DNA from: Octopus bimaculoides
Lineage: Eukaryota
Direction: 5' to 3'
DNA: 56,646 nucleotides
NCBI RefSeq assembly: GCF_001194135.2
Contig: NC_068982.1
Coordinates: forward strand, 92,869,037-92,925,682
Shown: positions 25,842 through 37,728 of the stretch, in pieces
Layout of the letters: each line of letters begins with the position of its first letter
Numbering within the stretch: position 1 is the stretch's first letter
Made by a program: the position numbers and the translations under genes
The notes under the pieces: model-generated
Database searches by the model: none
What the model saw: the letters and a program-made list of their open reading frames with translations, nothing else
Told to the model about the DNA's origin: nothing

Positions 25842-26609
25842 NNNNNNNNNNNNNNNNNNNNNNNNNNNNNNNNNNNNNNNNNNNNNNNNNNNNNNNNNNN
25901 NNNNNNNNNNNNNNNNNNNNNNNNNNNNNNNNNNNNNNNNNNNNNNNNNNNNNNNNNNNNNNNNNNNNNNNNNNNNNNNNNNNNNNNNNNNNNNNNNNNN
26001 NNNNNNNNNNNNNNNTATATAATACAAATAATAAATGAGTATATGCATATATACGTACATGTATGTACATACCTACATCTACCTGTATATATAAATGCAT
26101 ATCTGGGTACAGGACATTGCAAACAACACGTCGACAAAATGATAAACAGAGTACAGAAAACACACAGGCCACATAGAGAACATTTCCTTCATCAGCTGCC
26201 ACCATTCAACACTGGCGTTTCGACATATATATACACGTGTGTGCGCGTGGGGTGGGGCGTATAATCTATCTATCTATCTGCAACAAATGTAAAAGAAGGC
26301 GAATAAATTGAAGAGCGGTACTTTCAAATAAAAGTGCTTTACGATATTACGATATTTGTTTCTCCGGATTTGATAATTCCCTGTTACTCTGACTGTCAAG
26401 TATTTTAAACCGATGATTGGAAATCTGTAACCAATGATGCTATTCTTCACTTCTGGCGGTACAACAACAACAACAACAACAACAATTGAGACAAGTACTT
26501 GGATGTTAAGTATCGTTGAAGCAGACCCCGTGAGACCCTTGACAGCAAGTTGTTGTCTGTTCTTACAGAATTAGCAATTGAAATTGAGAGCTCTGAGAAG
26601 TGAAATGTA

Positions 26610-26620
26610 CAATAATAATA

Positions 26621-26672
<52 letters not shown>

Positions 26673-26676
26673 TGAA

Positions 26677-26716
<40 letters not shown>

Positions 26717-26770
26717 TATAATAATAATAGTGACAATGATAATAATAATAACAGTAATAATAATAATAAA
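26610..26770. repeat. Long imperfect (AAT)n microsatellite in the GPCR intron
   Basis: Visible run starting ~125 bp past the splice donor. Confidence 0.95.
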
Positions 26771-26895
26771 ACTACGAGCGGAGAGCTGAAAGCACCACTT
26801 TGGAAATAGTTCAACTATTTATTGATTTGAATGCAGCTTTTGAATTTAAGTAAGTCATCTTTAACAACAAATCAAAATAAATGTCAACCACTCAC

Positions 26896-27226
26896 CTACA
26901 ACCAGTATAAGAATATCAGAAACTGCCAAAGAGAAGAGGTAGAAATTGGTTGTTGAATGCATATGACGGTAGCGGATTATTACAATACATGTACAAAGGT
27001 TCCCAAATAATCCCAACAGGAATATGATAGCGTAGAGTGTGGTAAGACTCCAAGGTGAACTGATTTGTCGAGGTCCCATACTTATTTCGAGAAGTCTTTC
27101 TAGTGCTGAACTATTCCAGGTTCTCGTACTGTTCGGTGGTTCTGTTATGAAAGAGGTAGCATCTTCAATTGTCATATTTTCTGATTGGAATTCGTAGTAG
27201 CTATCAATAATTACGTTTTGTACCAT
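26896..27226 (-). CDS. Class A neuropeptide GPCR (neuromedin-U/pyrokinin/CAPA, PRXamide receptor-like), N-terminus to TM2 coding exon
   Basis: MVQ...NMT..NST..NSS (N-glycosylation sequons)...LYAIIFLLGLFGNLCTCIVIIRYRHMHSTTNFYLFSLAVSDILILVVG. TM1 GN, TNFYLFSLAVSD in TM2. Ends at a G|GTGAGT phase-1 donor (26895). Strong acceptor TTTTATCTTTGCAG| puts the exon start at 27284. Confidence 0.85.
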
Positions 27227-27350
27227 TTTCTTCGAACTCTTTGTTAAAGTGTAAAAGGTCTTGAATAGGTGTTTTGTTTTTTGTCTGCAAAGATAAAAGT
27301 AAAAAAAAGATAAAATGTACTCAAACACTACACATTTAATATATATAGAA

Positions 27351-27351
<1 letters not shown>

Positions 27352-27414
<63 letters not shown>

Positions 27415-27415
27415 G
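27352..27415. repeat. (AT)n(AG)n microsatellite
   Basis: Visible run upstream of the GPCR exon. Confidence 0.95.
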
Positions 27416-27658
27416 AAGAGAAAAAGAGCGTGATAGAAAGGGAGGTAGATTGATAGGTAAACTTACTACGCGCTATTTAGCAGTGATAAGCCGCAGGCTT
27501 TTCGGTGATAGATGATGGATTTCGAAAAAGATCTCCCTACAATATTACTATTAAAAAAAAATCTTGCTAAATCTGACAATGATTTTTAAAAGTTAAACAT
27601 ACCTGCTAAAACATATTTTTCAGTATTTTGTAATATTAAAGTTCTGGCTTATACTCAC

Positions 27659-27864
27659 AGATTCATAAAGCTGATGCTTATCCCTGTCTCTATGCACACA
27701 GTGACTGCGAGTAAGAAGATTTTCCCCAGCGAATGGGACACCAGTATGTTGCAAGAAAGCCTCCAGTTGTAGCTGGTGCTAATTTTCCACTGAATAGACT
27801 GGCGCAATGTTAAATGAAGTATCGTGCTCAAAGTCCAGTTAATCAACTCACGACCTTTTGGCAT
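27659..27864 (-). other. Candidate upstream GPCR exon (5'UTR or N-terminal coding)
   Basis: Non-repetitive, ends in an ATGAATCT|GTGAGTA donor. Splicing to the 27284 acceptor is in frame with the receptor ORF. Confidence 0.35.
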
Positions 27865-27868
27865 TACA

Positions 27869-27875
27869 TTTTATA
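27869..27875 (-). promoter_or_regulatory. Possible TATA box
   Basis: TATAAAA on the minus strand just upstream of the candidate exon. This motif is common in AT-rich DNA. Confidence 0.15.
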
Positions 27876-28139
27876 TTACAGTATATAATTTAAAGATCGC
27901 TTACAATTTAACAAATTAGTAACTCATCATTGTCCATTAGAACAAAGTAACATCATATGATAAATGCATGATATTAACTTTTTCCAATTCTTTAATTTCA
28001 ATTTCTTCTAACCTAATCATGATGATATCGATTATTAATTAAAAAATTAAGCTATCACAAATAGGATGTGGAAGACATTTTCAAGATTGATGGACTGGTA
28101 TCTTTGATAAAGGCGATAAAAATTTGTGTATGTTTTAGA

Positions 28140-29660
28140 GAACCGACTGTGAATAGAACTCTGTAAAAAGGATTCTAAAAAGGGATTTTGAGACTAACCA
28201 CCAGCCATACACAAGAAAAAAAAAAAAAAGCTGAATACTTCAAAAAACGCATAAGCAGAAACAGTCCTGAACTTACCCATTTAATAGCTGCAAGCTTTAG
28301 TATTGTTGATCATGGAAAATCAATAAGTAATGATGAGTTTATTAAAGATGCTTTTGTCAGATGTGCATAATTTTATTTGATAACTTTTATTGTACAGAAG
28401 CTTTTATAAAGCATGAAAGTACGTTAGCAATAAGAAGAAATACTATCGAAGGCAAACCCATGAAAAGAAATGCTCATTTAAAATGTCGAATTATAGAAAA
28501 TTTAGATACTAACCTCATTTTAATATTTCTATCGGTGAGATTATTGATATTACGTCATCAACTTAATTAGCTATGTTCAATATTTTAGAAAAACTTCATT
28601 CATGAATGGTTGATTAAATTAGAGAATTTGCCTCAAAATCTACGAATGAAAGTCAGATATGATCATAGTGTTAATGTTTACGGGATAGATAAATTTGTTA
28701 AAAGTATTTTGGATCATTACAGACGGTGCCACTAATACAGTAGTCTGAGATATTTATTTTGTGGAGCAATTTACAGAAGCTGTGATTATTCCTCCTATTC
28801 TCTCGATTGTATTATACATTAGGAAGTGCCATGCACAAAAGTAGGCTGTAAAGCTCTTGATGATGTGGGTCAGGGTTTGGCATGAAAGTGAATTTAACTT
28901 ACTTTTAAATGAAGATGAATCACTTTATAATAGTTTACTAAAGTATAAAGTTTGAGTCGTGGTTCAATGGTTTGTGGAATTTTAAAGTAAAATCAGCTTA
29001 GTTTTTGATATGAAAAGCATAGCGCTTAATTTTCTGCAACTAAAGGATTTTGCTTAGTTCAGTAATTTTTTGTTTTTCACTGACTTTTCTTTACAACCTA
29101 ATAAGCTTAATATTAAACTAAGATTTTGGGAAATATATTGACGTGATGTTTGAATTGATCAAGTGTTTTGAGAATGATCTCACTTTATTTCATCGTGATT
29201 TAGAAAAAGATCCAAATACTCCCTTAAAACTCAGAAGCCTTTTGAAACTTACTGTAAGAATCTTGAATAACAAGCAAAACAGTTAATAGAAGTTTTTTTT
29301 CTACATTTGTGCAATTCAAAAAGTTAAAGAAAAATTTCAATATATAAACTAATCTTGAAATAGATTTCAGTGCTTCTAGAAATGTAGTTAGACGGATTTC
29401 AAGTTTAATCCTATTTGGAAGCAATTTAGAAGAAATTGAATATGAACGTGACAAATAATGGCGAATAAACATTTAGCCTACGATATTCTTAGAATGTAAA
29501 ATTATATTCCCGAAAATTTTGATGCCCTCAAAATTCTTGTAAAAGTGTTCTTAACCATTTCCCTATCAGCATATTCATGCGAAATATTGTTTTTGACACT
29601 AATATAAAAGCGAGCAAGTCGAGATTGAATTGCATTAAAGTGTACACCATACATCCCTCC
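28140..29660 (+). mobile_element. hAT (SPIN/Buster, GTF2IRD2-like) transposase relic
   Basis: Degenerate motifs GKSISNDEFIK, ITDGA, DCIIH*E, SRG and SAYSCEILF appear in the order expected for this transposase family. Confidence 0.65.
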
Positions 29661-30049
29661 TACAAACAGCTCTTATCAGACTACTAAATTTCTGTTTAGA
29701 GTATGTGAAATAATATCAACCGCTTTAATAATGATATGAGCATCTACAAATATACATTGCTCCATATCGCGGAAGAATTATTTTTCATTAACTTAGATAG
29801 ATAATGTTATAAAAGTTAACTTTTAAAATTTAACGTTATTATCCATTTTAGTTTATCAAAAATAATTATCTTTTACTACCTCATTAAATACTATATCATT
29901 ATTGTAAATACTAAGTCATTATTGAATCTGTTTGCATTATCGCACATAAATTTAGTGGTAGGTTAAGAACTCTGTGTTCCGTGATGATTTTATATTTGAC
30001 CGTGAAATATTGTCTTGTTTTCGTTGAATTCTATTCAGTCCACTATTTA

Positions 30050-30860
30050 TTACAAATTTCACAAGTGATATAGGACCTGACAACTGAAAGCAGTCAATGT
30101 TAAAGCATTCCTACATTGAGCGGGTGGTTTCAGATAGATCATTGACTTTAGCCAAGTCTAGAAATATAACAATCCTCTCAAATTCGTCTTTGAGTTCTAT
30201 GGTATCAGGAACATACCTTTCATTTTCTTCACTCATATTTTGAAATAATTTTCGTGAATGAGTTAGTCCTGTTTATTCAAAATTCCATGTAAACGCTGAC
30301 TGTGAGAATATCATGGAGAACATGGAGACAAAGTACTCTGTCGTTACGTATTGAGTTCAGCATAGCTGGTGAAGCTGGCTGACTGTACGCCTGACGGCAT
30401 GCCTGTGAGAGCCACTACAAACAGGAGTGGTCTCAGTACAGTTCTCTGAAGAACTCCGCTGCGGATTGATGTCTCCCCAGGGAGAGCACTATTGGCTGCC
30501 ACTGTCTAACTTCTGTCCTTTAAAACGTCGTGCAGCCACTCTCCCAGTTTTCAAGTGATTCCAAGGTGACGTAGTTTGTGATATGTCATCCCATGATTAT
30601 TTTTGTCAAAGGCTTTAGCAAAATCGAGATATACCACATCTACATTTGAACGGTTGAGCTGCTGTTTCAGTACCAAATCATAATGTTGAAGTAGCTGTGT
30701 GAGGCAGCTCCTCCCCCTATTGTGTGTTTGTGAGCAAGTTATTCTCTTCCAGGAACGTAACTAGTCTCTTTCTGACAATGCGTTCCATGACCTTGCTAAT
30801 ATGTGAAGTCAGAGAGACAGGTCTGTAATATTTTATCACCTGTTCTGCTTCCTCCTTCAT
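30050..30860 (-). mobile_element. CR1-type LINE RT fragment
   Basis: YRPVSLTSHISKVMERIVRKRLVTFLEENNLL...SCLTQLLQHYD...VDVVYLDFAKAFDK...SGVLQRTVLRPLLF. Confidence 0.85.
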
Positions 30861-31548
30861 AAATATAAATATACCTAAGTTATAATTAAAGTTTAGACTT
30901 AAATCTAAACTTTAAACTACGTTTTTGGTAGTATGCCGGCAAAGCACGTTCACTGCTTATGGCTACCTGGTGTCATCCACGGTAATTTCACAATCGACAC
31001 TACATCTACGTTAGGAATTCCTCAGTGCACGTTGAGCTTACTAGAAACAATTGATACGGAAGATAGAGTATGCAGGAAACTTTATAAAGTTTCCAGTATA
31101 CTCTAACTTCAGTATCAATAGTTTCTACGATATCTATCTATCTATCTGTTTATCTATATGCACACATATATGGATACATTTGTACATAGACGTAACTCTC
31201 TCTCTTTCTCTCGCTCTCTCACTCTCTTTATATATATACACTCATACATACGCATCTATATTTACATATTTATATATACACCTTTGCATGTACATACATA
31301 TAAATATGTGTGTATGTGTCTGTGAATGTTTATGCGCGCGTATGCTTTTTACATGTTTTAGATCGATGAAATCAGTAGAATATATTATCTTTTACTTGGA
31401 AAAGGAAATAAGGGCTTGTATTAGAAAGGGCAATAGTGGGAAAATGGACTAAAGCGAAAAAAGAAGAAAAGAATTAAAGTATATATATATATATATATAT
31501 ATATCTATATATATATATATATCACACACACACGCACACACACACATA

Positions 31549-32536
31549 CAGGATGCGATGGATAAATTGTCGCCTTTTATGTTTTCAATTTCGCGTATGC
31601 GTATTATTTGTTGACTACACAGCATAGTAGGGTCAGCTGGGCACCATAATTTAGACGACGATATATACTGGGTGCAGTGAATAAGCTGTCGTCTAAATTA
31701 CGCAAAAATGAAGATAACACTGACAACTCATTTTAACAGTTACATTTACCAAAATTACATTAAAATATCTTGAAATACTATAGAGTAAATTTATTCAATA
31801 AAATCGCCATTGGCGTCAACCACGGCCTCCAGATGACTTCGAAATCTCCTGCAACTCTTCTGGACGGTCTCCTTGTTCAAGTTGGTGAATGCTGCCATTA
31901 TCCTTGCCTTCAGGTCATCTTTGGTGTTACAAGGAGTTTTGTTGGTTTTTCGCTCGACTGCACCCCAGACATAATAATGAAAGGGGTTGCAGTCTGGAGA
32001 GTTAAGTGGCCAGATACTAGGGGTAACGTGGTCGCAGAAATTGTCTGACAGCCATGACTGGGTTCTCCTGCTTGTGTTCGTATTGGAGCTTCCGGCGCGA
32101 GCGAATACCAAGCAGTACAGCTTGTCGTTTCCAAATTTCAGGCAGAGTGAATTGCGTCATAGAGCAGCTTTTGTTACAGACGGTGTTACCAACTGACCCT
32201 ACTCTACTGTGTTATTTCTTTACTACCCACAAGGGGCTACACACAGAGGGGACAAACAAGGACAGACAAACGGATTAAATCGATTATATCGACCCCAGTG
32301 CGTAACTGGTACTTATTTAATCGACCCCGAAAGGATGAAAGGCAAAGTCGACCTCGGCGGAATTTGAACTCAGAACGTAGCGGGCAGACGAAATACCGCT
32401 AAACATTTCACCCGGTGTGCTAACGGTTCTGCCAGCTCGCCGCCATAACTACTGTGTAGTCGACAAAATTAAAACAAGGAATGTGCATGCACAAATTAAA
32501 AATATAAAATAGTGACATTTTACTCATCGCATCCCA
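31549..32536 (-). mobile_element. Internally deleted Tc1/mariner (DD37D-like) element with a nested SINE
   Basis: ORF 31791-32111 has IWPLNSPDCNPFHYYVWG...EAVVDANGDFIE*. TIRs TA|CAGGATGCGATGGATAAATTGTC and TA|TGGGATGCGATGAGTAAAATGTC. Confidence 0.8.
32210..32445 (-). mobile_element. SINE family B variant with a different 3' tail, inserted in the mariner
   Basis: Family B head and core; CTACTGTGT occurs on both sides (TSD-like). Confidence 0.8.
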
Positions 32537-32789
32537 TATATATATATATTATCGTTCACATAACACATATAGGCTATGTAATGTGAACGACAATATTTTG
32601 AGAACAAAAGTGTTTAATTTTCAATTTCATATACATATTCTTATATGTCTGTGTGTGTGTGCGTGCGCGTGTATTTGAGTATGAACCTGATAAACTAAAT
32701 ACTATTAATGGTAAAAATTTGCAGTTTTATTTTGGTTAAACTACTAGCGTCTTTAGAGCAAAACTTTTGAAAAGTTCTATATTTAAGAG

Positions 32790-32945
32790 ACTAGGAATTA
32801 TTTACATTATTTACAATTGATGGATATTTGTCCTCATCTTGTTTGTTGTTAACAAAACGTTTCGGCTGATATACCCTCCAGCCTTCATTAGGTGTCTTGG
32901 AGAAATTTTGAACCTGGGTTCTCATTTTTCGATGTTATTATGTTG
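32790..32945 (-). mobile_element. Inverted sister copy of the hammerhead-bearing tail (no tRNA head seen)
   Basis: Reverse complement aligns to 33469-33615. Confidence 0.8.
32851..32896 (-). ncRNA. Degenerate hammerhead ribozyme (core CUAAUGA, probably inactive)
   Basis: GACAC-CTAATGA-A-GGCTG...CAGCC-GAAACGTT-TTGTT. G5 is mutated to A and stem I is weakened. Confidence 0.6.
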
Positions 32946-33099
32946 TTTTTTTCTTCTTCTTTCTTCAAATTTTCTTCCATTTCTCGCCGAGTGTTTTCCG
33001 TACACCTAAGGCAGAGAAACTCATTGTATGCATTCCCAGTTTACACCCGCAAATTCACAGGTAGAATATGTATTAAAAAAAAAATTAATAAATAAATAA

Positions 33100-33267
33100 A
33101 TTCATGAATGGATGTTGTTTTCACAGCGATAATGCTCTTCTCAGTACATGAGTCGTTCCAGTTAACACGATCTTTCGCACTTCCTGTAGGGATGGTAAGC
33201 CTGGTATCATTTTCAAATAGGTTTCAGTACCTTTTTTTTTATCATTCCTAGAGATCCTACAATCATA
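33100..33267 (-). mobile_element. REL-LINE extreme 3' fragment
   Basis: YLKMIPGLPSLQEVRKIVLTGTTHVLRRALSL*, the typical R4/Dong-type C-terminus. Confidence 0.6.
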
Positions 33268-33333
33268 NNNNNNNNNNNNNNNNNNNNNNNNNNNNNNNNN
33301 NNNNNNNNNNNNNNNNNNNNNNNNNNNNNNNNN

Positions 33334-33401
33334 CATATGGCGTAGTGGTTAAGAGCGCGGGCTATATACCCCAAGATTCCGAGTTCGATTCCAGGCAGTG
33401 A

Positions 33402-33468
<67 letters not shown>

Positions 33469-33615
33469 AATAACACCGAAAATATACATTAGGAATGAGA
33501 ACTCAGGTTCCAAATTTCCCCAAGACACCTGATGAAGGCTGGAGGGTATATCAGCCGAAACGTTGTGTTAACAACAAACAAGATGAGGACAAATATTCGT
33601 CAAATGCAAATAATA
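33334..33615 (+). mobile_element. tRNA-headed SINE-like element: Pol III head + (AAT)n + hammerhead-containing tail
   Basis: A box TGGCGTAGTGG (33338-33348), B box GTTCGATTC (33383-33391), (AAT)n 33406-33464, then a ~145-bp tail with a hammerhead. Confidence 0.7.
33524..33569 (+). ncRNA. Minimal type I hammerhead ribozyme (Penelope-type)
   Basis: Stem I GACAC/GTGTT; core CTGATGA (33529-33535) plus an extra A; stem II GGCTG/CAGCC; GAAA (33557-33560); palindromic AACGTT stem III; predicted GUU cleavage after 33564. Confidence 0.75.
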
Positions 33616-33774
33616 TAAAAAAACTTTTGAATGCTGTTCGCCTGCTTTATCGCCTCTAACAGTTATTCACTCCCACTCTGTTTGTTGTTGTTAGTTGTTT
33701 TACTTTGCTTTCCCTAGCGTGACCGATAGGACACATTGCGTTTTATTATATGTAATATATGCTTTCTCAAAGCA

Positions 33775-33912
33775 TAAGGCAGCGAGTTGGCAGAATCGTT
33801 AGCACGCCAGACATATGCTTGGTGGCATTTCGTCCGTCTTTACGGTCAGAGTTCAAATCCCGCCGAGGTCGACTTTGCCATTCATCATTTTGAGATCAAT
33901 AAATTAAGTAAT
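33775..33912 (+). mobile_element. SINE family B, 3'-truncated
   Basis: AAGGCAGCGAGTTGGCAGAATCGTTAGCACGCC...GAGTTCAAATCCCGCCGAGGTCGACTTTGCC. Confidence 0.75.
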
Positions 33913-35204
33913 AGTGTACCCCAAAATTGTCAGCCTTATGCCAAAATTTGAAACCAATATGCATCCTCAAAGCATTGAACAAATGGCTAGATTTTCACTT
34001 CAGACATCGACCTCAGGTTATGTGTTATGTAAAAGTCTTCTATGTAAAACATAAAACAAATATAGTAGTTTTTCCATTAAATTGTTAGATAGCATTAAAC
34101 TTGTTACTAGAAATTGATGTAATGTGTTTTAATTCACACACAGACACAAGCGCGCGCATTCATGTAAATATACACTCTTCATTTACATACACACGAGCAC
34201 ATATTGCTATTGAAATACAGCTTTATATATTCCTCATATTAAAGTAACATTTAAAAGTTAATGTAGTATTCAATGCAGCCATACTTGTTGAATATCCGAT
34301 ACGCACGCACATACGCGCGCACGCGCACACACATACACACATACTCTCCCCCTCCCTCCCCCTCCCTCTCTCACACACAAACTCTGCACATGTGTGTATG
34401 TGTGCAATTTGGAGATTACATTCATAAATGAGAGAATCCTATAACACACACAAAAAACAAACATCACACACGAGCGGAACCATCGAGAAAGATCGCATGA
34501 ATGCAAAACAATTAACTTTTCAGTATTTGATTTGGAAAGAAGTAACATTCAATCAATTAAAATTATTGTTTAAGAAAAAATATTACACTATTATTATTCA
34601 CGTGATCCGAATATAAAATAGAAGTAAACTGCTACCGATGAACTTTGAAAGGGAAATCAATGGAATTTATTACAGATTTCACAAGTGATATAAAACCTGA
34701 CAAGTGAAAGGAATCATGATGGGAAAGCGGAAAATAAAAGAGCTGATTTTGTGTAGAGTTTGTTATTCTGCGGCATTAACAGTATGTGTTCATATATTTT
34801 AGAAGAAAGGTCTTTTAAAGGATAGATCTATTCCACTGAGCACAATCTAAACTATGTTATAGGCTACAGGAATAAATACGTTAAAAACAAACTAATGAAG
34901 AATAAAGCAACGACACAATGACAAACACACATATTGTACTACAAAGTAAACAAAAAGTTTACTCATACACACACTAAAACACAACACATATAGAAGTATG
35001 TATAAGTATGCGTGTATGAATGTGTGTGTGTGTGTCTCTCTCTCTCTCTGTATTTGTGAAAGAACATATTTGAAATTAGTTCTATCCTGGATTTTCTTCA
35101 TGCGATTTTATATTAAGATCTAGGTATTGAGCAAAACCCAAAAGAGCTACAAAAAAAGAAGAAAAATATTAACTTCCTGAAGACACAAGAATAAGGACAA
35201 GAAC

Positions 35205-35282
35205 AACAACAACTATTGCTACTACTACTACTGCCACTGCTGCTACTGCTTTTGCTGCCGCTGCCACTTCTGCTATTGCATA
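35205..35282. repeat. Degenerate (CTA/CTG)n trinucleotide repeat
   Basis: Visible low-complexity tract. Confidence 0.8.
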
Positions 35283-37728
35283 CAGAGATAGAAAAGCCAC
35301 AATTTAAACACGCCAAACAGCCGGATCTATCATTGAGCAGTGTCCTTCTCTTGTGTTTTTCTTATGTATTCCTCTCGTAACCTCTATACCCTTCACATAA
35401 ACATTGATCTGTTTGCTTTTCATCTCTATTTACTATTATGTACAGGGATAATGCTGGATATGCACTAATCATATTATCCAATCTTTTAAATGAGCTTATT
35501 TTGGCATTTCTTTCTTTCTGAGACATTAGCAATGTAAAAGATAACACTACAAAAGAAAAATTCATTCCATGTATCTGTGACATGAATGAAATCTGTTGAT
35601 TAGCTATTTGCAATCAAAGTTATCTATCAATGCAGAGAGTTCAAGCTGACTCCAAGAGAGAAACACTTTGCTATGGTGCTCACGCATTTCATTGAAGTAA
35701 GAGCGATGTAAATAAACTAGCATTGTTACAACCAAAAATCAAAGTCTCGTAACGGACTCGTCTCGCTTTAATTTAACACTAGATAAAGAAATAACTACTT
35801 CTAATTCACAATAGCGAACGTTTTTATTGGAATTCAATACAATGATAAGGTATCATTTTAGAGACAATGAAATTACTGTCAAATAGGCACTCGTGGAAAT
35901 AGATGTTCTAACTGGATTTTTTAGTAATAGAAATTTATTGAAGTATAAACATAAAAGGGCTATTTTATATGAAGAATTCTTTAAATATCCAATGATACTC
36001 GAATATTTGCCTGCATGAAGTTAAATGATTCTTGAATAGAATACGCAATACGTAATCTGGAGGTTAAAATAACCCTTTAAAATGAAAAGTACAAAAAGAT
36101 TTGTGTTTGTCTTACTAAAATTATTCAGTAGAGGTTTTTACAGATTTTATTTATTTTATTTTATTTTCGATTATGCTCTTGAGAAAGGCGTGAACTTTTC
36201 GATTTTTTCCCTATTTCTAATATATTCGGCTTCTGTTAATTACAATGAGCATTAGACACAGCAGTACAACTACAAATCACAATAACCAGCAGTAATTGCA
36301 GTAGCAATGTGAAATCTCCGTATACTTCGTTTAGCAACTCTATCAAAATTAGATACATGGTATGCAAACTAAGTCTTCAGTGGTGTCCAATACTGCTCAT
36401 GGGCTGTAGTGGTGTATATACAAAAATGGAGCATCACACACACAATCATCATGCAATGTTGATTTACATATTATTTGTAGCAGTTATGATGAATAGTGTT
36501 GAAGGTAAATTTTTGGGGACTGATTCCGTATCCCGGTTTCAATCTAGACGTGAACAATTTCCCTTTATTAACAACCACATGAAACCTATAATGAGTCAAG
36601 CACTATTTCATCTCTCTTCTAATATATCTGAACTTGCTTGTGTATAAGAAACCAATACTAAATCCTCATGACAGTAGTAAATGAAGTAAGAGTAAATTCA
36701 AGTTAAATAGATTAATTTAACTTGAATTTACTTGATTAGATTTCTATTACTAACTCCGTTTCTTTCACTTTCATGTAATAAATTATTGAGTGCTTGTGAC
36801 TACTCATTAGATCAATATTAGCATGTGATTAACGAATAGAGGCTATGAAGAAATCGAGGGACGAAACTAAACATTATTAAGTATCTAATATGGCGTTATA
36901 CTGTGTAAACCATCTGAGTTAGATGTAAGGCTGTACATTTAAAGATGACAGAAAAGTAGACTGTGTGATCAGGAATTTTTGAAGAGATTTACCTCTCTAT
37001 TTCACAAAGTCATCTTGTAAGAAATTGATATTGATATTTTATGTGTGTTTATGACAGTTCATGTAAAAATAAAATGACATCAGAATATTACTGTTACTTT
37101 TTAATCCCCTCAGCAGCATGAAAGACAAAAGAGATTTCAGTGGTAACTCAGAATCGAGTTGCATTTAATTCTCACGTGAGGTTAGCTAGAGTAAGCTCTA
37201 ACTAACCTCCATTTAAGAAAGTGATATTCGAAGTACATTCACGTTTTAAACTTCAGTTAACGTTTTGAATGGGAGATTATATTCTTATTCAAAGGATTGT
37301 TCACTTCCACATTTGTGATTGCTTTACAATAGCAAAAATATGAGAAGCTATTTAGTATTCTATCTATCTAGCGTTTCTTATGCATGCTTTATATTGGTAC
37401 AGCTAATTGCATTTCTTACTGAAAAAAATATCTAAAATATCATTAAAAACTTTTTTTTATCGTGTTTCAAAGTTTCAGAAGTTTTATTAACTGTCTCTAG
37501 AATATTTCAGTAATTTTTATTGCATTATGCTAAAGCAGAAACAGCTGATATTAGTATCTACTCCACACGTAAAAAAATTTTAATTTCACTGGCACTTTAC
37601 TAAATAAAAATATTATTCAGTAAATAATATACTTTTAAAATTATATTTTATAATAAATAGTGTAACGTAGTTACTCGTCGCCAATTATTGTAGTATCGCC
37701 ACTATTTATGACGATACTTGTCTACACT

